From NCBI GenBank assembly GCA_964106645.2, contig OZ067045.1: 64,000 nt of DNA. One strand, written 5' to 3'. Below the pieces are notes generated by a model that was not told the DNA's origin, did no database searches, and was given only the letters and a program-made list of their open reading frames with translations. Of the stretch, positions 24,739 to 37,300 are shown piece after piece. The DNA comes from Podarcis pityusensis. Taxonomy: Eukaryota. The position numbers were made by a program, and so were the translations under genes. The stretch's first letter is position 1; the number at the start of each line of letters is the position of its first letter.

Positions 24739-25138
24739 AGTTCTGCATTTAGGGAGGGGGGAAATCACATGCACAAATATAGGATGAACGATGCCTGGCT
24801 TAGCAGCAGGTCATGTGAAAATTAATTAAGCCAGGGACGGAGAACCAGTAGCCCTGCAAACATTGCTGGACTTGCCCCAGCCAGCATAGCCAAGAGTCAA
24901 GGGTGATGGGTGTTGTATTTCCACAACACCCAGAGGGCAATAGTTCCCCATCTGTTCTCTATATATTTTGGACTACAGCTCCCATCAACCCAGGTAGCAT
25001 AGCCAACGGTTAGCGGGGCTAGGAGAACACGTGGAAGGTCGCAGGTTCCTCATCCCATATCTAGTGGTTTTTAGTAGACCACACATTAGACTTCAGTCAC
25101 AATTGTTGACACTACTCCGCATCAACCAAAGTATAGAG

Positions 25139-25274
25139 CAGGCATAGGCAAACTCGGCCCTCCAGATGTTTTGGGACTACAACCCCCATCATCCCTGACC
25201 ACTGGTCCTGTTATCTAGGGATGATGGGAGTTGTAGTCCGAAAACATCTGGAGGGCCGAGTTTGCCTATGCCTG
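25139..25274. mobile_element. hAT-type palindromic MITE (many degenerate relatives in the window)
   Basis: near-perfect 136-bp fold-back; 8-bp TSD GTATAGAG. Confidence 0.88.
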
Positions 25275-27075
25275 GTATAGAGTTATAGCCAACTAAGTCC
25301 TATTCAGAGAAGATTAATGTCCATTCAAATTAATGGACTGAAGTCATGGACACTCATTTCAATGAGTCTTCTCTGAGGTGGGTAGCAACTAAGTGTTACT
25401 CAGAGTAGATCCACAGAAATTAATGAAGACAATAAATTACGTATATTAATTTCAGTGGGTCTTCTGTGAGTAAAACTTAATTGACTATCACCCACCATGT
25501 CCATATCATAAGAAGCAATTGAATCATCCTGTTTGGTCAGAATAAGATGTCCCCTTCTGGTCTTTTCAGTTTAAGGAGGCTATTGACAAGCTAAGAATGT
25601 GAGCAGGGCAACAAATAGTGACTGGGGCTGATGGGGTTTGTAGTCCCCAACATCGGCATTGGCTGCCCCATTCTACACTTGATCAGCAGCAGTTTATTGG
25701 AGTTTCAGGCAGAGGGCATTCCCAGCCCCACCAGGAGATGTCAGGGATTGAACCTGAGACTTCATGCAAAGCAGATGTGCTACCAATGAACTACTGCCCA
25801 TCCCTTGAGACTTGGGGTCATAGGAAGCTGCCTCATACTGTGAGTCAGACCACCACCCCATCTTGTTGAATGGCAGCAGCTCACCAGGGTTTCAGACACA
25901 GAACATTCACAGCCCTACCTGGAGATACAAGGGATCAAACTTGGGACTTTCTGCATGCAAAGCTGAGCTTCTGCACCTTCTGCCACTGAGCTACAGCTCC
26001 TTCTTATGTCATGTTGGCTCCCAATGTTCAGGTTTAGGAACCCAAATCATGTGTTCAGGGGCTTAGATCAGAGACTAGATTTGTTAGCTTGTGTCAACCT
26101 AGTGGCATAACAACTACAGTTCACTCCTCCTTCAGCAGTTCCATTAATTCTAACTCACTATGGAGTACAAGGGCTGTCCAAAATGTTTTTGGTTTTTTTT
26201 TAAATTTCTCTGCATTTTTCGTCCAAACCAAAGGACCTCAGGGTTGGCATTATTCTGTTGCTTTTGGAAGGGGGATACATAATCAAAACTTGGCTGTAAC
26301 TGTTTGATGGGGATGGGGAACCTGATTCATTTTGCATCTGAAGGTCAGCACACCGGATTTGCACTTTCGCAAACAATACGTGAACCAGAACACAACCAAC
26401 CTTCAAAATTTGCTTGTCTCTGAATTTTGCAATGTAGTTCTTCAGCCAAGTACTGTGTACACAAAGGCATACACTAAGGTAAAGTGTGCATTGAAAGAAA
26501 CCATATATAGTAGTAAAAACAGTTGATGAAAGTGCATCACATTAGAGAAAGCTGTTTTGCAAAAATGTGTATGTTTTGCAAAATTGCACACAAAAATATG
26601 TGTATTATGAGAAGTTCGCACAAAAATGCTTACAAATTTCCATGAAGACATTTTGTAACGAAACACCAATGACACACCAATGTAGAAATATGAATAACTG
26701 AACTTGGAAACATGAGACGCAGAGAGAAACCCAAAAGGATAGATTTGCCAATTCCTGCCAGTTGCTCTTGTTGGGCTGATACCCGCTGTCCACCAGAATT
26801 TTTGCACAGGTGTGCTTGAAAGTGGCAAGGGAAAATTATTGGCTACAGATAGCCATGTGTGCATGTATTATTTATTATCCAGTTGATGTCTTTGTAGGGT
26901 ACGATCAGGATACAAAGTGCTTTGCAGGGTAACAAGGCAGACTCTTGCATCACAGAGCTTACAGAGCTTACAGTTCTAGTTTTGGCAGAAGCAGAGTAAT
27001 GATGCTATAGGTACTCGTAATTACCAGGTTCAGAGCAAAACTTCAGTGCATTCATAATGCTTACTAGAATGCTGA

Positions 27076-27520
27076 ATCTGGCACAATTCTTCTCTGGCTC
27101 AGTTTGCATTCCTGAGAAATAGCATTTCAGGAGCCAGGGGCCCTGGGAAACATAATGTTCCCACGGCACCTGAGCCCATAGAAACTCAGATATTCAAGGG
27201 GGGGAACCACATGCCTCAGATTCTCTGGCAGCTGGGATATGAATATTGCAGTGATACCAACATCAGGGAGGGAGGGAGAGAAGCCTAATGACTGGCTTTG
27301 TAGAGGGTTACACATCTGATACAATTCTTCTCCAGCTTGGATTGCATTCCTGGGAAACAGCATTTCTGGAGCCAGGCGCCCTGGGAAATGTAATGGTCCC
27401 AAGACACCCGAGCCTATAGGAATTCAGATGTCTTGGGTCCTTGGGCATTTGGGATGTGAATATTCCAGAGCTTCCAGCTCCAGGGAGGAAGAGAGAGAAA
27501 TCTAAAGGCTGACACTTTAA
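27076..27520. repeat. Diverged tandem duplication, period about 238 bp
   Basis: ATCTG..ACAATTCTTCTC..TTGCATTCCTG.GAAA.AGCATTTC.GGAGCCAGG recurs at 27076 and 27314. Confidence 0.75.
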
Positions 27521-30085
27521 ACTTGGGTTATAAACCCACAGCACAGAAAATTGACCAGTTGGTAAATGTTGGCCTATAGTTTGGAGAGGAGCCTGGATGT
27601 GATCTGCTTCAACCAGGAGCTTCCAGTTCTCTGCACATTTGGGCTGGCTTTTTTACATCAATTTCTGTCGCCAGAAGATCTCCCTCCCTGTGTTCTTCCA
27701 AGCAGCTTCCTAGAAAAAAGGAGAGTGGGTCAAAGGCTGGCAGCTTGCTGAAAATAACACCCTGGAAGAATCTTTGAACAGTACATACCAAGTTTATCCA
27801 CTGGGTGATCAGTTGTGTGCTCAGTAGCCCTGAGAGAATCAGAACGTGAGGAAACACAACAAAACAAAACCCTCCATCATTTCCCAAGCTAAAGCCTCCA
27901 TTTTCTCCTGCTGCTTATTGAACGGCAGGAAGTTTTGGGAGGAAGGCAACTTTTGGCCGGAGAACAACACTGATAGGCTTGCCATACGTCCAGGAAAACC
28001 TGGCCATGGAGGCCGACATGCCCATCTGGGCAGATTTTTACATTTTAAAGGAAATGTCTGGGTTTAGGGGCGGGCTTGGGCTCAGGCTGCTCTGTACACC
28101 ATGGCCGCTGCCAGCCCGAGCTGGGAAAAGAGGCGCCTCTTTTCCCAGCTTGGGCTGGCTGCTTTTCAGGCTGCCCCCAAAGGGTACCCTAGCCTAGGCC
28201 AGAATCTCAGAAGATACTCTAAATCAGTGCACAGCTGGATCACATGTAGGATAACCACGCACAGTTCCTAATGCAGGTAGAGACTGCAGGGATCAGCTTT
28301 GGTTCAATTCAGATTTCAGGGCAAACCTACCTAACTCATACCACCCAACACGCAAGCCAGAACACAGCTGTCCTTTGAAATCTGCACTCTCCCCGAATTT
28401 TATACTCTAATTTTATTGGCTTCTTTTATCCCATTTATATCCCACACTTCTACCCCACTCCTCGGTTTATCCTCACAACAGCCCTATGAGGTAGGTCGGC
28501 CAAGATATAGTGATTGCTCCAAGGTCACTTGGTGGGACATCATGAAGATTTGAACCCTGATCTCCAGGGTTTTAGTCTGACACTCTAACCACTACACCAC
28601 ACAAGCAGAGGCCCCTGTCTGTCCACTAATGGAAATACTGGTATAGATGACCTTTGAGCTGATCCGGTGGTGTGTGGGCCGTGTACCTTACCGCACATGT
28701 GATGTGACAGCTCAATCATATACACCATCAAGGAGACCAAGGGGTGATCTGATCATCTGACCCAATTTACACTTTGCAGAGCAAAGCACAGCTATCCTTT
28801 GACGTTCCCAGATTCCCCTGGATTTTCTGCTGCAGTTTGGCAACCAAATGATGTGAACAAAAATATTTGGCAGGTGGAGGTGGGAATGTGCATGAAAATG
28901 CACACATTTGTGAAGATGAGATATGAAAACGAATCGTATTCGGGAAATCGGCTTGCAAAAATGCGTGCGTCAGGCAAAATTGCAAAAAAAAAAAAAGGGA
29001 ATAAAAGAAAAGAAGTCCTGGCCACAAGGGGAGCATAAAGCCATCAGGGCTCCAGATGAATCCCAAATGAATATATGATTTGTACCAAATTGACAGAGAG
29101 AGAGAGGAGAAAAAAAATTTGTCCTCTTAAGTGGTAGTAAAAAGAAAGGCACAGGGTCATATTCGTTTCCATTTCCCCCCTTTCATTCTAGAGCAAATGC
29201 ACACCCATAATTACCATTTAAATGTTCACTAAGCTTCTGGCCAGAAATACAGGAATGTCCTTAAGGGTGTACGTGCAGCAAGACAGATCCTGAAACTGAT
29301 TTCTTTTTTTCTTTCTTTCTTTGTCTGCATCCTGGTATATTCCATGCATTTATTTTTGCATTTATATAAGTATCATGTATGCACACACCCCCACAGACAA
29401 TGTACTGTCCTTTCCCCCCCTTTGTACCAGTAGTATCCTTTGTTTTTAATACAGGTGGCCACCATCTTGCACATGTCCAACTGATGTGTGACCGCCCATG
29501 TGTGGGTCCTTTTGGACCTGGAAGGGGGCAGAATGGGACAGGGCAGAACAGGGTATAACGGGTATGCATGCTCCACCGATGCAGATGGGGGCCAGGAATG
29601 GAGCCCCCCTGCAAAAAGTGCCACCTCGTAATTATTTGGAAATCTGCAGCCATCATATTTTCATTGTATCACTCCCTCTATTTCCAATGTTCAGCCCTGA
29701 GTGCCGTTGCTTACGTACCACCCACATACAAGGGTAAAGTATCAGTGCAATTGCAGGGACCCCTAAGTCAGGGGTGGGGGGCTGCTTTCCGCCTGTATAG
29801 GGAAGTTTTTTAACGTTCGATGTTTTATAATATGATGGAAGCCGCCCAGAATGGCAGGGTACGAATAATGAAATTATTATTATTAGCCACATTCCCCTCT
29901 GGGCAATCTTTCGAGGGCCACATGCCAGGGGTGGGAGGGGTCAGAGACAAAAATGGGTGGAGCAGCACAGCTAAAGGTTACCTCTGTACTTCAGACTTGT
30001 TGCTACACATACGGACACAACACTTTTTATTCTCCATTCAGGCAAGAAAGGGGCATTGTCTACACACACCAGCTGGACATCAATA

Positions 30086-30326
30086 CAGATGTACTGTACC
30101 TCGGAAGTCGAACGGAATCCGTTCCGGAAGTCTGTTCCAAAACGTTCAAGAACCAAGGCGCAACTTCCGATTGGCTGCAGGAAGCTCCTGCAGCCAGTCG
30201 GCAGCCACGGAAATCACATTGGACATTCGGGTTCCAAAGAATGTTCAAAAACTGGAACAATCGCTTCTGGTTCTTGGGAGCCAAAACGTTCGACTCCCAA
30301 GGCGTTTGAAAAGCAAGGTACGACTG
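30086..30326. mobile_element. Tc1/mariner-type MITE
   Basis: degenerate CAG..GTACCTCG / AGGTACGACTG termini; TA flanks. Confidence 0.65.
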
Positions 30327-31173
30327 TATTTGCAGTGTGAAGCAGGAACAGACAGCATTTGCTCTCTGTGCTGGACGTTCTCCAACCCAGCCCTAAGGAA
30401 AAGGTGGTTAACCTGTGGCCCTCCTGATGCTGCTGAAACTACAATGCCCGTTGACCGCAGACAGCAAGTTCAAGGAAGAGGGGAGTTTTAGTTCAACAAC
30501 ATCTGGAGGGCCGCAGCTTAGCTGCTCCTGCCCCAGGGGGAGGAGGAGTCCCCAAATACCTCAGTGAGCACCTAATGTTATTCAACAGTTGGAGGAAAAG
30601 CTGAAAACGGAATAGAATGGAGTATCCCAAAATGGGGATGGAATGGAGTATCCTGAAAGGGGCGTGGCTGGTGGCCTTGAGCCCTGAACAGGAACATTCT
30701 AATGTGCCACAACACTTTGTTCCCATTCTCACTTGTCGTGTAAAATGCTTGCCATTTTCTTTTCAAAAATGTAATGGAAGAAACGTTTCGGAAATTGTTG
30801 GGCCGATAAGCCTTTAGAGAAAGCACATTAAAGACACATGGCTTCCCTCAAAGGTTATTGGGAGCTGTAGTTTGAGGGAGCTGGGAATGGTATTTTTCTA
30901 GAAAAAGAGGTGCCAGAACTCGCCACGAACACCTCCCTCGTTCTCTTAGAATAGCAATGGCGCCCACCTGAGAGGAGCCAGAACTGAGTACCAGTCAGTT
31001 CCACCTGGATAAAACAAGCCCTGGTTCGCAGGATTCTTTGGAGGAAGCCATGTGCCTTAAGTGTGTGGAAGTCAGCACTGTCGGCATCTTTCCTTGTCTC
31101 CCTATTAACGCTGATTTCGCTGAAGAGAAAGGGTGGTCAGCTCATCCTTGGTGTCTATATCTGTCTTCTACAG

Positions 31174-31280
31174 GAGACGCCACCTATCTCGACATCTTCC
31201 GCGAGTTTTCTCACATGGCATCCAACAACCCGGAGAAACTCAACCGCCGCAGCCTGTACTTCAGCCACTCCTACAGATAG
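31174..31280 (+). CDS. ACAP3: ACAP3 distal alternative last exon ((G)DATYLDIFREFSHMASNNPEKLNRRSLYFSHSYR*)
   Basis: ttctacag|GA acceptor, phase 1 matching the internal donor at 13536; peptide resembles the ACAP1/ACAP2 C-terminal GDETYxDIFRDFSxMASxxPEKL motif. Confidence 0.82.
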
Positions 31281-32546
31281 TCCTCAAAACCACCACGGAC
31301 ATCATCTGAGAACTCTCGTTCCTTCCAACTCCAGAGGGAGAGTCGAGATTACGTGCCGTGGAAGAAGCCGGAGGGACAGAGGCGGCCAGTGGCTGAATCG
31401 GGTCCATCCAGAACGGGAGCAGTTCGACCCAGTGTCTCTGGTCACCCCACACAGCTTTGCGTTGATCGCTACATCTCCCCATGGTCACCACCCCACAACC
31501 AAATGGCTTTCCCCCTACATCCCCTTCCTCCCAAAAAACTTCTGAAGAGGATATACACAGCCCTATGAGTAACTAGCCCATGTTTACAGCCTGAAATGGA
31601 GAGAGAAACCTATTTCTTTTTAAAGCAGGGGTCGAGAACTTGTAGATATTTCGGACCTCGCTGGACTCGAGCTCCCATCAGACAATAAATAGTCCAGGAT
31701 GATGTGAACAATGTCTGAAAGGTCACAGCTTCCTCATCCGTGTTCTAAAATGGAAGTGGTGAATTTGCGGCCTTCACGTTATTGGTGGGTTGCAACTCCC
31801 GTCATCCCTGATCAACTGCTTGTGCTGAGGCTGATGGGAGTTGTAGTCCATCAACATCAGGCAGGCCATGGGTTGCTCTCCTATGTCCTGCTTCTGCCCC
31901 ACTGTTGCCCTGGAGGTTTGATCTCACTAGCCTCAGGTGACTTGGCAAACTGGTTTTTACAGCCTTGGAGCAGGATGGAAAGTATCAGTTTTGTTCAATG
32001 GGAAGATTAGATCGCTCCATAGCATCATTCCGGAGCATGGCGGAGAACTAAAAATGATGAGCAGGCTTCCTGGCTCACTACCAACTGCAGTCAATCCACC
32101 ACAGTCCCTCCCCCTCAATATATTTCATAAAATCACAGAATTATAGTGCTGGAAAGGACCCCATTCCCACTCCTGCCATTACTTGCCATTTTCCTTACCC
32201 TTTCTGTGATTTCCCTTGCCTTAAGGCCTAAAACAAGTTCCCTGTTCCTGATTTTAAAGCATGGCTTCTTCTTGTTGTTCTTTCAAAAATCATGTTCTGT
32301 TGTTTTCATAGATAACGGACTTGTCAGAGAGCCTGTACTGGTACAGCCTCTGCCGCCCAAACTGCCTCTTGTTGAGCGTGTATAGAAATTTGTGTTTATA
32401 TGCTGGAAATGTAATATATCTCTGGGCAAAAAAGAAACATATTTTTTAAAAATGCTTGTGGCGGGAGCGAAGGGGCATGAATTGCAAGGGAGGGAAGAGG
32501 GAAGTCCAGACAGGAGGGACGGACGGACCTTATTTACAAGATTATA

Positions 32547-32552
32547 AATAAA
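32547..32552 (+). terminator. Candidate poly(A) signal for the ACAP3 distal last exon
   Basis: AATAAA preceded by AU-rich UTR-like sequence; another at 31684-31689. Confidence 0.45.
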
Positions 32553-33433
32553 GACGGGTGACATTTTTCTCCCGGGACATTAGGCATGACTTCCTTGTCA
32601 GTTTCTCGGATCTAGACCTCTTTGAACCAGGTGAGAAAATTATGTCATGGACCTTGCTATAAAGTGATATTTATTGGGTACACGTTTATAGCTTTGGGGC
32701 CAGCTGCCAAATCAGATATAGTAGTTGGTTCCTGAGAAATGACAAAGTAGAGCCAAGGTATTTATATGCATAGAAAGAAATATGCACACAGTCTACAGTA
32801 GGATCAGGCGGTGACTTATCGGACCTCCAGTTAGCTGTGTCATTGCGGCTTTCTGGGAGGTAAAGAGGGAGGCATGAGGTCAGCATGGTGCAAACGCAAC
32901 ACCAACTGACCCTATCAGGTCCTCCCACTAGCGCAACTGCACCTCCGCAACATCGCACTCCAACATTGCAGTTACGACTGCACCGCTCCCCCCAAATAAT
33001 CAGCCATGACTCTGCTGCTCAGAGGTCAGGGGAACGTTGCTGCCCCACCGTGCTGTCTGCGCGGAACGCCCCAAGTTCAATCCCTGACATCTCCTGGTAG
33101 GGTTGGGAATGAAAAACCCTTTGAAAACAAAAACCCACCATACTCCACCACAATTGTTCGCTCCAAACCTCAACTCTCCACAGGCCTCCAATGTCATTGC
33201 AAAAGCTTCCGCACTTGCAAAGGCTCGTGGGATTTCTAGACACTATTTTTGCACCATTTTCGCCATTTGCGTACTCTTTTAGGGCCGTGTCCCTCGCTTT
33301 TCGTGCCACAGCCGGGTTCGCTGTGATGCGCGTGCGCACAGTTGCGAGTCCCTCGGACACATGTAAATGGGGAGCTGCCTGCACTCTGCTCCCAATTCCA
33401 CACAGGCAAACAACATGGAGATACCGATAGTAT

Positions 33434-33439
33434 TTTATT
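33434..33439 (-). terminator. Candidate poly(A) signal of the sPLA2 gene
   Basis: AATAAA on - about 720 nt past the stop codon; another lies at 32670-32675. Confidence 0.4.
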
Positions 33440-34159
33440 TGACTCAAATGCATATTATTACTATTGCCATTTTGAAAGGGTTTTATGACATCCAATCAGC
33501 AAAATGGTCCGCATTTCCACTTGGTAGGTAAATTCTTGGGGGAAAAGCAGGGATGCAATTCTTGTGCAAGAAGAAGAGCGCCCTAAGATATGAGGCACAC
33601 TATCCGTCAGGATTAAGCACCCAGGCTATGAGACAAGTCGAGCAAAACAGAAAACAAAAGCAGCTTGAGGGGTAGCCTCTTCAATGGAGTACAGGGGGAG
33701 ATATTGTGTCCAGTGCTGGTCCTACTCAGAGCAGACCTATTGAAAACAATGTACATGGCTAATTTATGTTTGGTAATTCCAGTGGGTCTACTCCAAATAC
33801 AACCCAATGGGATTACCCTGGGTTGTACCCAATGTCTGTCCTATTCAGAGTAGACCCATTGAAGTTTACTGGGCATGACTAACCTAGATCCATTAATTTC
33901 AGTGGGTCTGCTCTGAGTAGGTCTTAGATACAACCCATGAACCTTCGCTTCAAATAAAATAGAGGGAACATAAACGGCAACTTAATTTTCTAAATGCTTC
34001 TCTTGCTTTCAGTTAACCTAACACAATGCTAAGAACCCCAAAATAATAATATAGGCTGAGCCCCCGCCCCTTTTAATAATCAGGCAGGCAGGGCTCCCCC
34101 CTGAATCAACCACCCTACATGGGATATCCTCTGGTTCTGCTTCCTGTTAAAAATGCAGC

Positions 34160-34305
34160 TCAACAAAATGGCCGCTGTGCCCTGCAGTTGTTCGCTGGGT
34201 GATTCTTGAACTGGAGGTTATAGGCAAAGAGATGCTTCCGGAAGCAGCTGGCCGCTTTTTGGTCGCATTCGCACACGAGCTTCTCGCACCGGTCCCGCGA
34301 CTTGA
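34160..34305 (-). CDS. sPLA2 exon 4 (CECD helix, C-terminal extension ending in Cys, stop)
   Basis: ctgcag|TC acceptor; TGA at 34162-34160. Confidence 0.93.
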
Positions 34306-37300
34306 CTGCAGAGAGAGGAGAAAGGTGGTAACCTCAGCATCAGTTTCCGCAAAGAGGGGTGCTTTGAAACGGGGGAACGGAAATAGAAAAGATTTGAACC
34401 AGCTCTCTGGCTTGACGCCGGACCAACTCACCGCATTTAATTTTATCCCTCTGGGGGTAGAACCTGTACGAGAGGGTGCTTGGGTTGCAACCGAACATCT
34501 CGGCCTTGTTGTAGCAGCAGTCGTGGCTGTGGCAGCACCTGCGTGTGACGTGAAAACGAGAGAGCAAGGAATTGCTATGAATCAGGCCCATTTTGGTGCC
34601 ATCTTAGTTTTTTCAGAACTCAACATTCTGGAGCACTGTGGGTTGTTGTTGTTGTTAAAGTGCATCTGATATTTTAAAACGGTGAATGCCGTGTAATTTT
34701 CTTTTGCCCGCAATGGGCTTAGTTTGGAAAAACTAAGATGGCGGCCACAAGCGTGGTCTCCGGCGGCCTGTGAGATTTCCCCAGTATCGCACAGCATGTT
34801 TCTGATGACAGCATATTCAAGCAGAAGTCTCCCTCAGCCCTACCTGAAGATGCCAGGGATCAATCCTGGTACCTTCTGTGTGCAAAGCAGATGCTCTACC
34901 ACTGAAAGTGTCTGTGGTATAACCCTACTGGGACCTGGTTCATATCATAATGCAGGTGGAGGCGGTTTATTTGAATTATCCTCCGCATGAAACAAGCTCC
35001 TTGTCTGTAGAAAGCAAGCATCTCAGAGAGGCTAGGCAAGACACTTCCTCCCAGATATGCTAGTTTGGTGCATGCAGGGATTCCATGTACCGTATTTTTT
35101 GCTCTATAACACGCACCCGACCATAACACGCACGTAGTTTTTAGAGGAGAAAAATCTGTAGGCATGCCACCCGTAGGCATTCCCTCCATAACACGCACAG
35201 ACATTTCCCCTTACTTTTTAGGAGGAAAAAAGTGAGTGTTATGGTGCAAAAAATACGGTATTTCTTTGTATGGGAGAGGCACGCAAATATGGAGGTCCCC
35301 CATCCCTGTTCTTGAGACTCCCATTGTTGGACATTTTCCATATCTGCTATTGGGTCCCTGGAGCACAGAGTCACATGAAGTGGCAACCAACCTTGCAGGA
35401 TTTAACAGGATTTATTTGAAATGCATATGCAGGACAAAGGTACAGAGCGATAAATTCGCAATCTGCACACCCCAGTCAGGGTGCGCCCACTTTTTATACC
35501 CCTTAGAATGCATAGACACGTGTTCACATGTAAAACATGTGATTTACACTACTAGTAATAAGATATAGCTTTGTTTCTTGTGTTACCCTCCTCCTTTTCA
35601 GTTCGCCTCCTTTTCAGCCCCCCCCCCCCCAAATCTGGGGTTACAATAACACTCATTCAATCTTGCTTATTATCTCTACCTGCCTAAGCCAGACATTCCA
35701 GAGAGAGAGGCCCATTTTCACTGTAACATCTAAGCAAGAAGAAAAAGCCTTGTTCTCCTGGCTGGTGTAAAAACCTCCCTCCCCCCTTTAAGGAAGGGGT
35801 TTGGGCATAACATATGAGAGAGGAGAAAATGCCTCAAACAGTTTTTGGGATCATATAGAGAACAATACTCTAATGGCCCTTCACCATGACTTGTAAAACC
35901 CCTGAACTGTAAGAGAATGATGATAGCCCAAGAGGTGAGCAATGCCTGGTAATCTCAGGTGAGCCTCACCTGTCGATGGCATCCACGGGGAAGCCTTGAG
36001 TCCCTGCCCCACAGTGACACCCATAGTTGGTAAAGTTGGCCAGGGTGAAGGTGACGGTGCTCATCTGGATCATCTCATTAAACTGGGAGGCAAGGCCGGT
36101 CACCAGAGCGGCTCCTGAAAGAGCAACAGAGTCTTGTTTGGAGGGAAGAGCAAAGAGACAGGGAGCAGGGGGTACGGATTGAAAAAGCAAGGGAGTTGAG
36201 GTGGGAAAGCACTGTTTGTGGTGGGAATAGCAGTTGAGGTCTCAAGCCTTCCTGAGGGGTGGGGATACCTTTTCCCCTGCTGCCTCATTCCCTCAGAGGT
36301 AAACCGTTCTCAGCCACTTGCTGGCAGTAAAGGTAAAGGGACCCCTGACTGTTAAGTCCAGTCACAGACGACTCTGGGGTTGCGGCGCTCATCTCGCTTT
36401 ACTGGCTGAGGGAGCCGACATACAGCTTCCGGGTCATGTGGCCAGCATGACTAAGCCGCTTCTGGCGAACCAGAGCAGCACACGGAAACGCCGTTTACCT
36501 TCCCGCCGGAGTGGTACCTATTTATCTACTTGCACTTTGACGTACTTTTGAACTGCTAGGTTGGCAGGAGCAGGGACCGAGCAATGGGAGCTCACCCTGT
36601 TGCGGGGATTCGAACCGCCAACCTTCTGATCTGCAAGCCCTAGGCTCTGTAGTTTAGAGGTAAACCGTTCTCAGCCACTTGCTGGCAGTAGGTAGGGCCA
36701 AAGCCACCTCCTTTTCCTTCTTCCCTCTGCCATCCCCTTCCTTTCCCTCCCTCCCTCTCTCCCTCTCCCCCCCCATCTTTCTCTCTGCTACCCCATTTCA
36801 TTCTTTTTCACGGCATCCTTCTATCTCTCTTTCTGCCACCCCTTTCTCTCCTTTCTTTCCACCTCTCTTTCTGCCATTCTGACACCTCCTTTCTCTCTCC
36901 CCACACTGATTTAAATTAGGCTGAGGATCACAGGTAGTCAGTCCTAAGGCTGCTGGTTGCCCAGTCCTGGACTGAGAGGTTGAGCCTGTGAAAGTACTGG
37001 GAATTAGATCAAGCACGCCGTGGCATGGTGAGCCTGGTGAGAGACTGGTGAGCCTGCCTGGAGGGCAGAAGTAACCTGGTGGCAAAAGAAGATGACTTTA
37101 AACCCCTGCCTAGGGGTATTAGCTATGACTGTGAAAGGAACACAAAGATTCAGTGGCAGTATATCCCTGAATACCAATTGCCAGATTTTTCTTTTCTTCC
37201 TCTTCCCACATTTGGCTGCAAAATGCACTGCCCTCAGGCTGGTTTCTTGATGGCAATGCCATGAAGCCAAATCAGAGTGAGGGCAGTCTGAGGGCTTGTG

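Noticed and set aside
29820-30491. 223-aa ORF
   Set aside because: Spans a MITE and other repeat fragments; no protein motif
35325-35730. LTR-like TATA/AATAAA arrangement in sPLA2 intron 2
   Set aside because: Termini and TSD could not be defined
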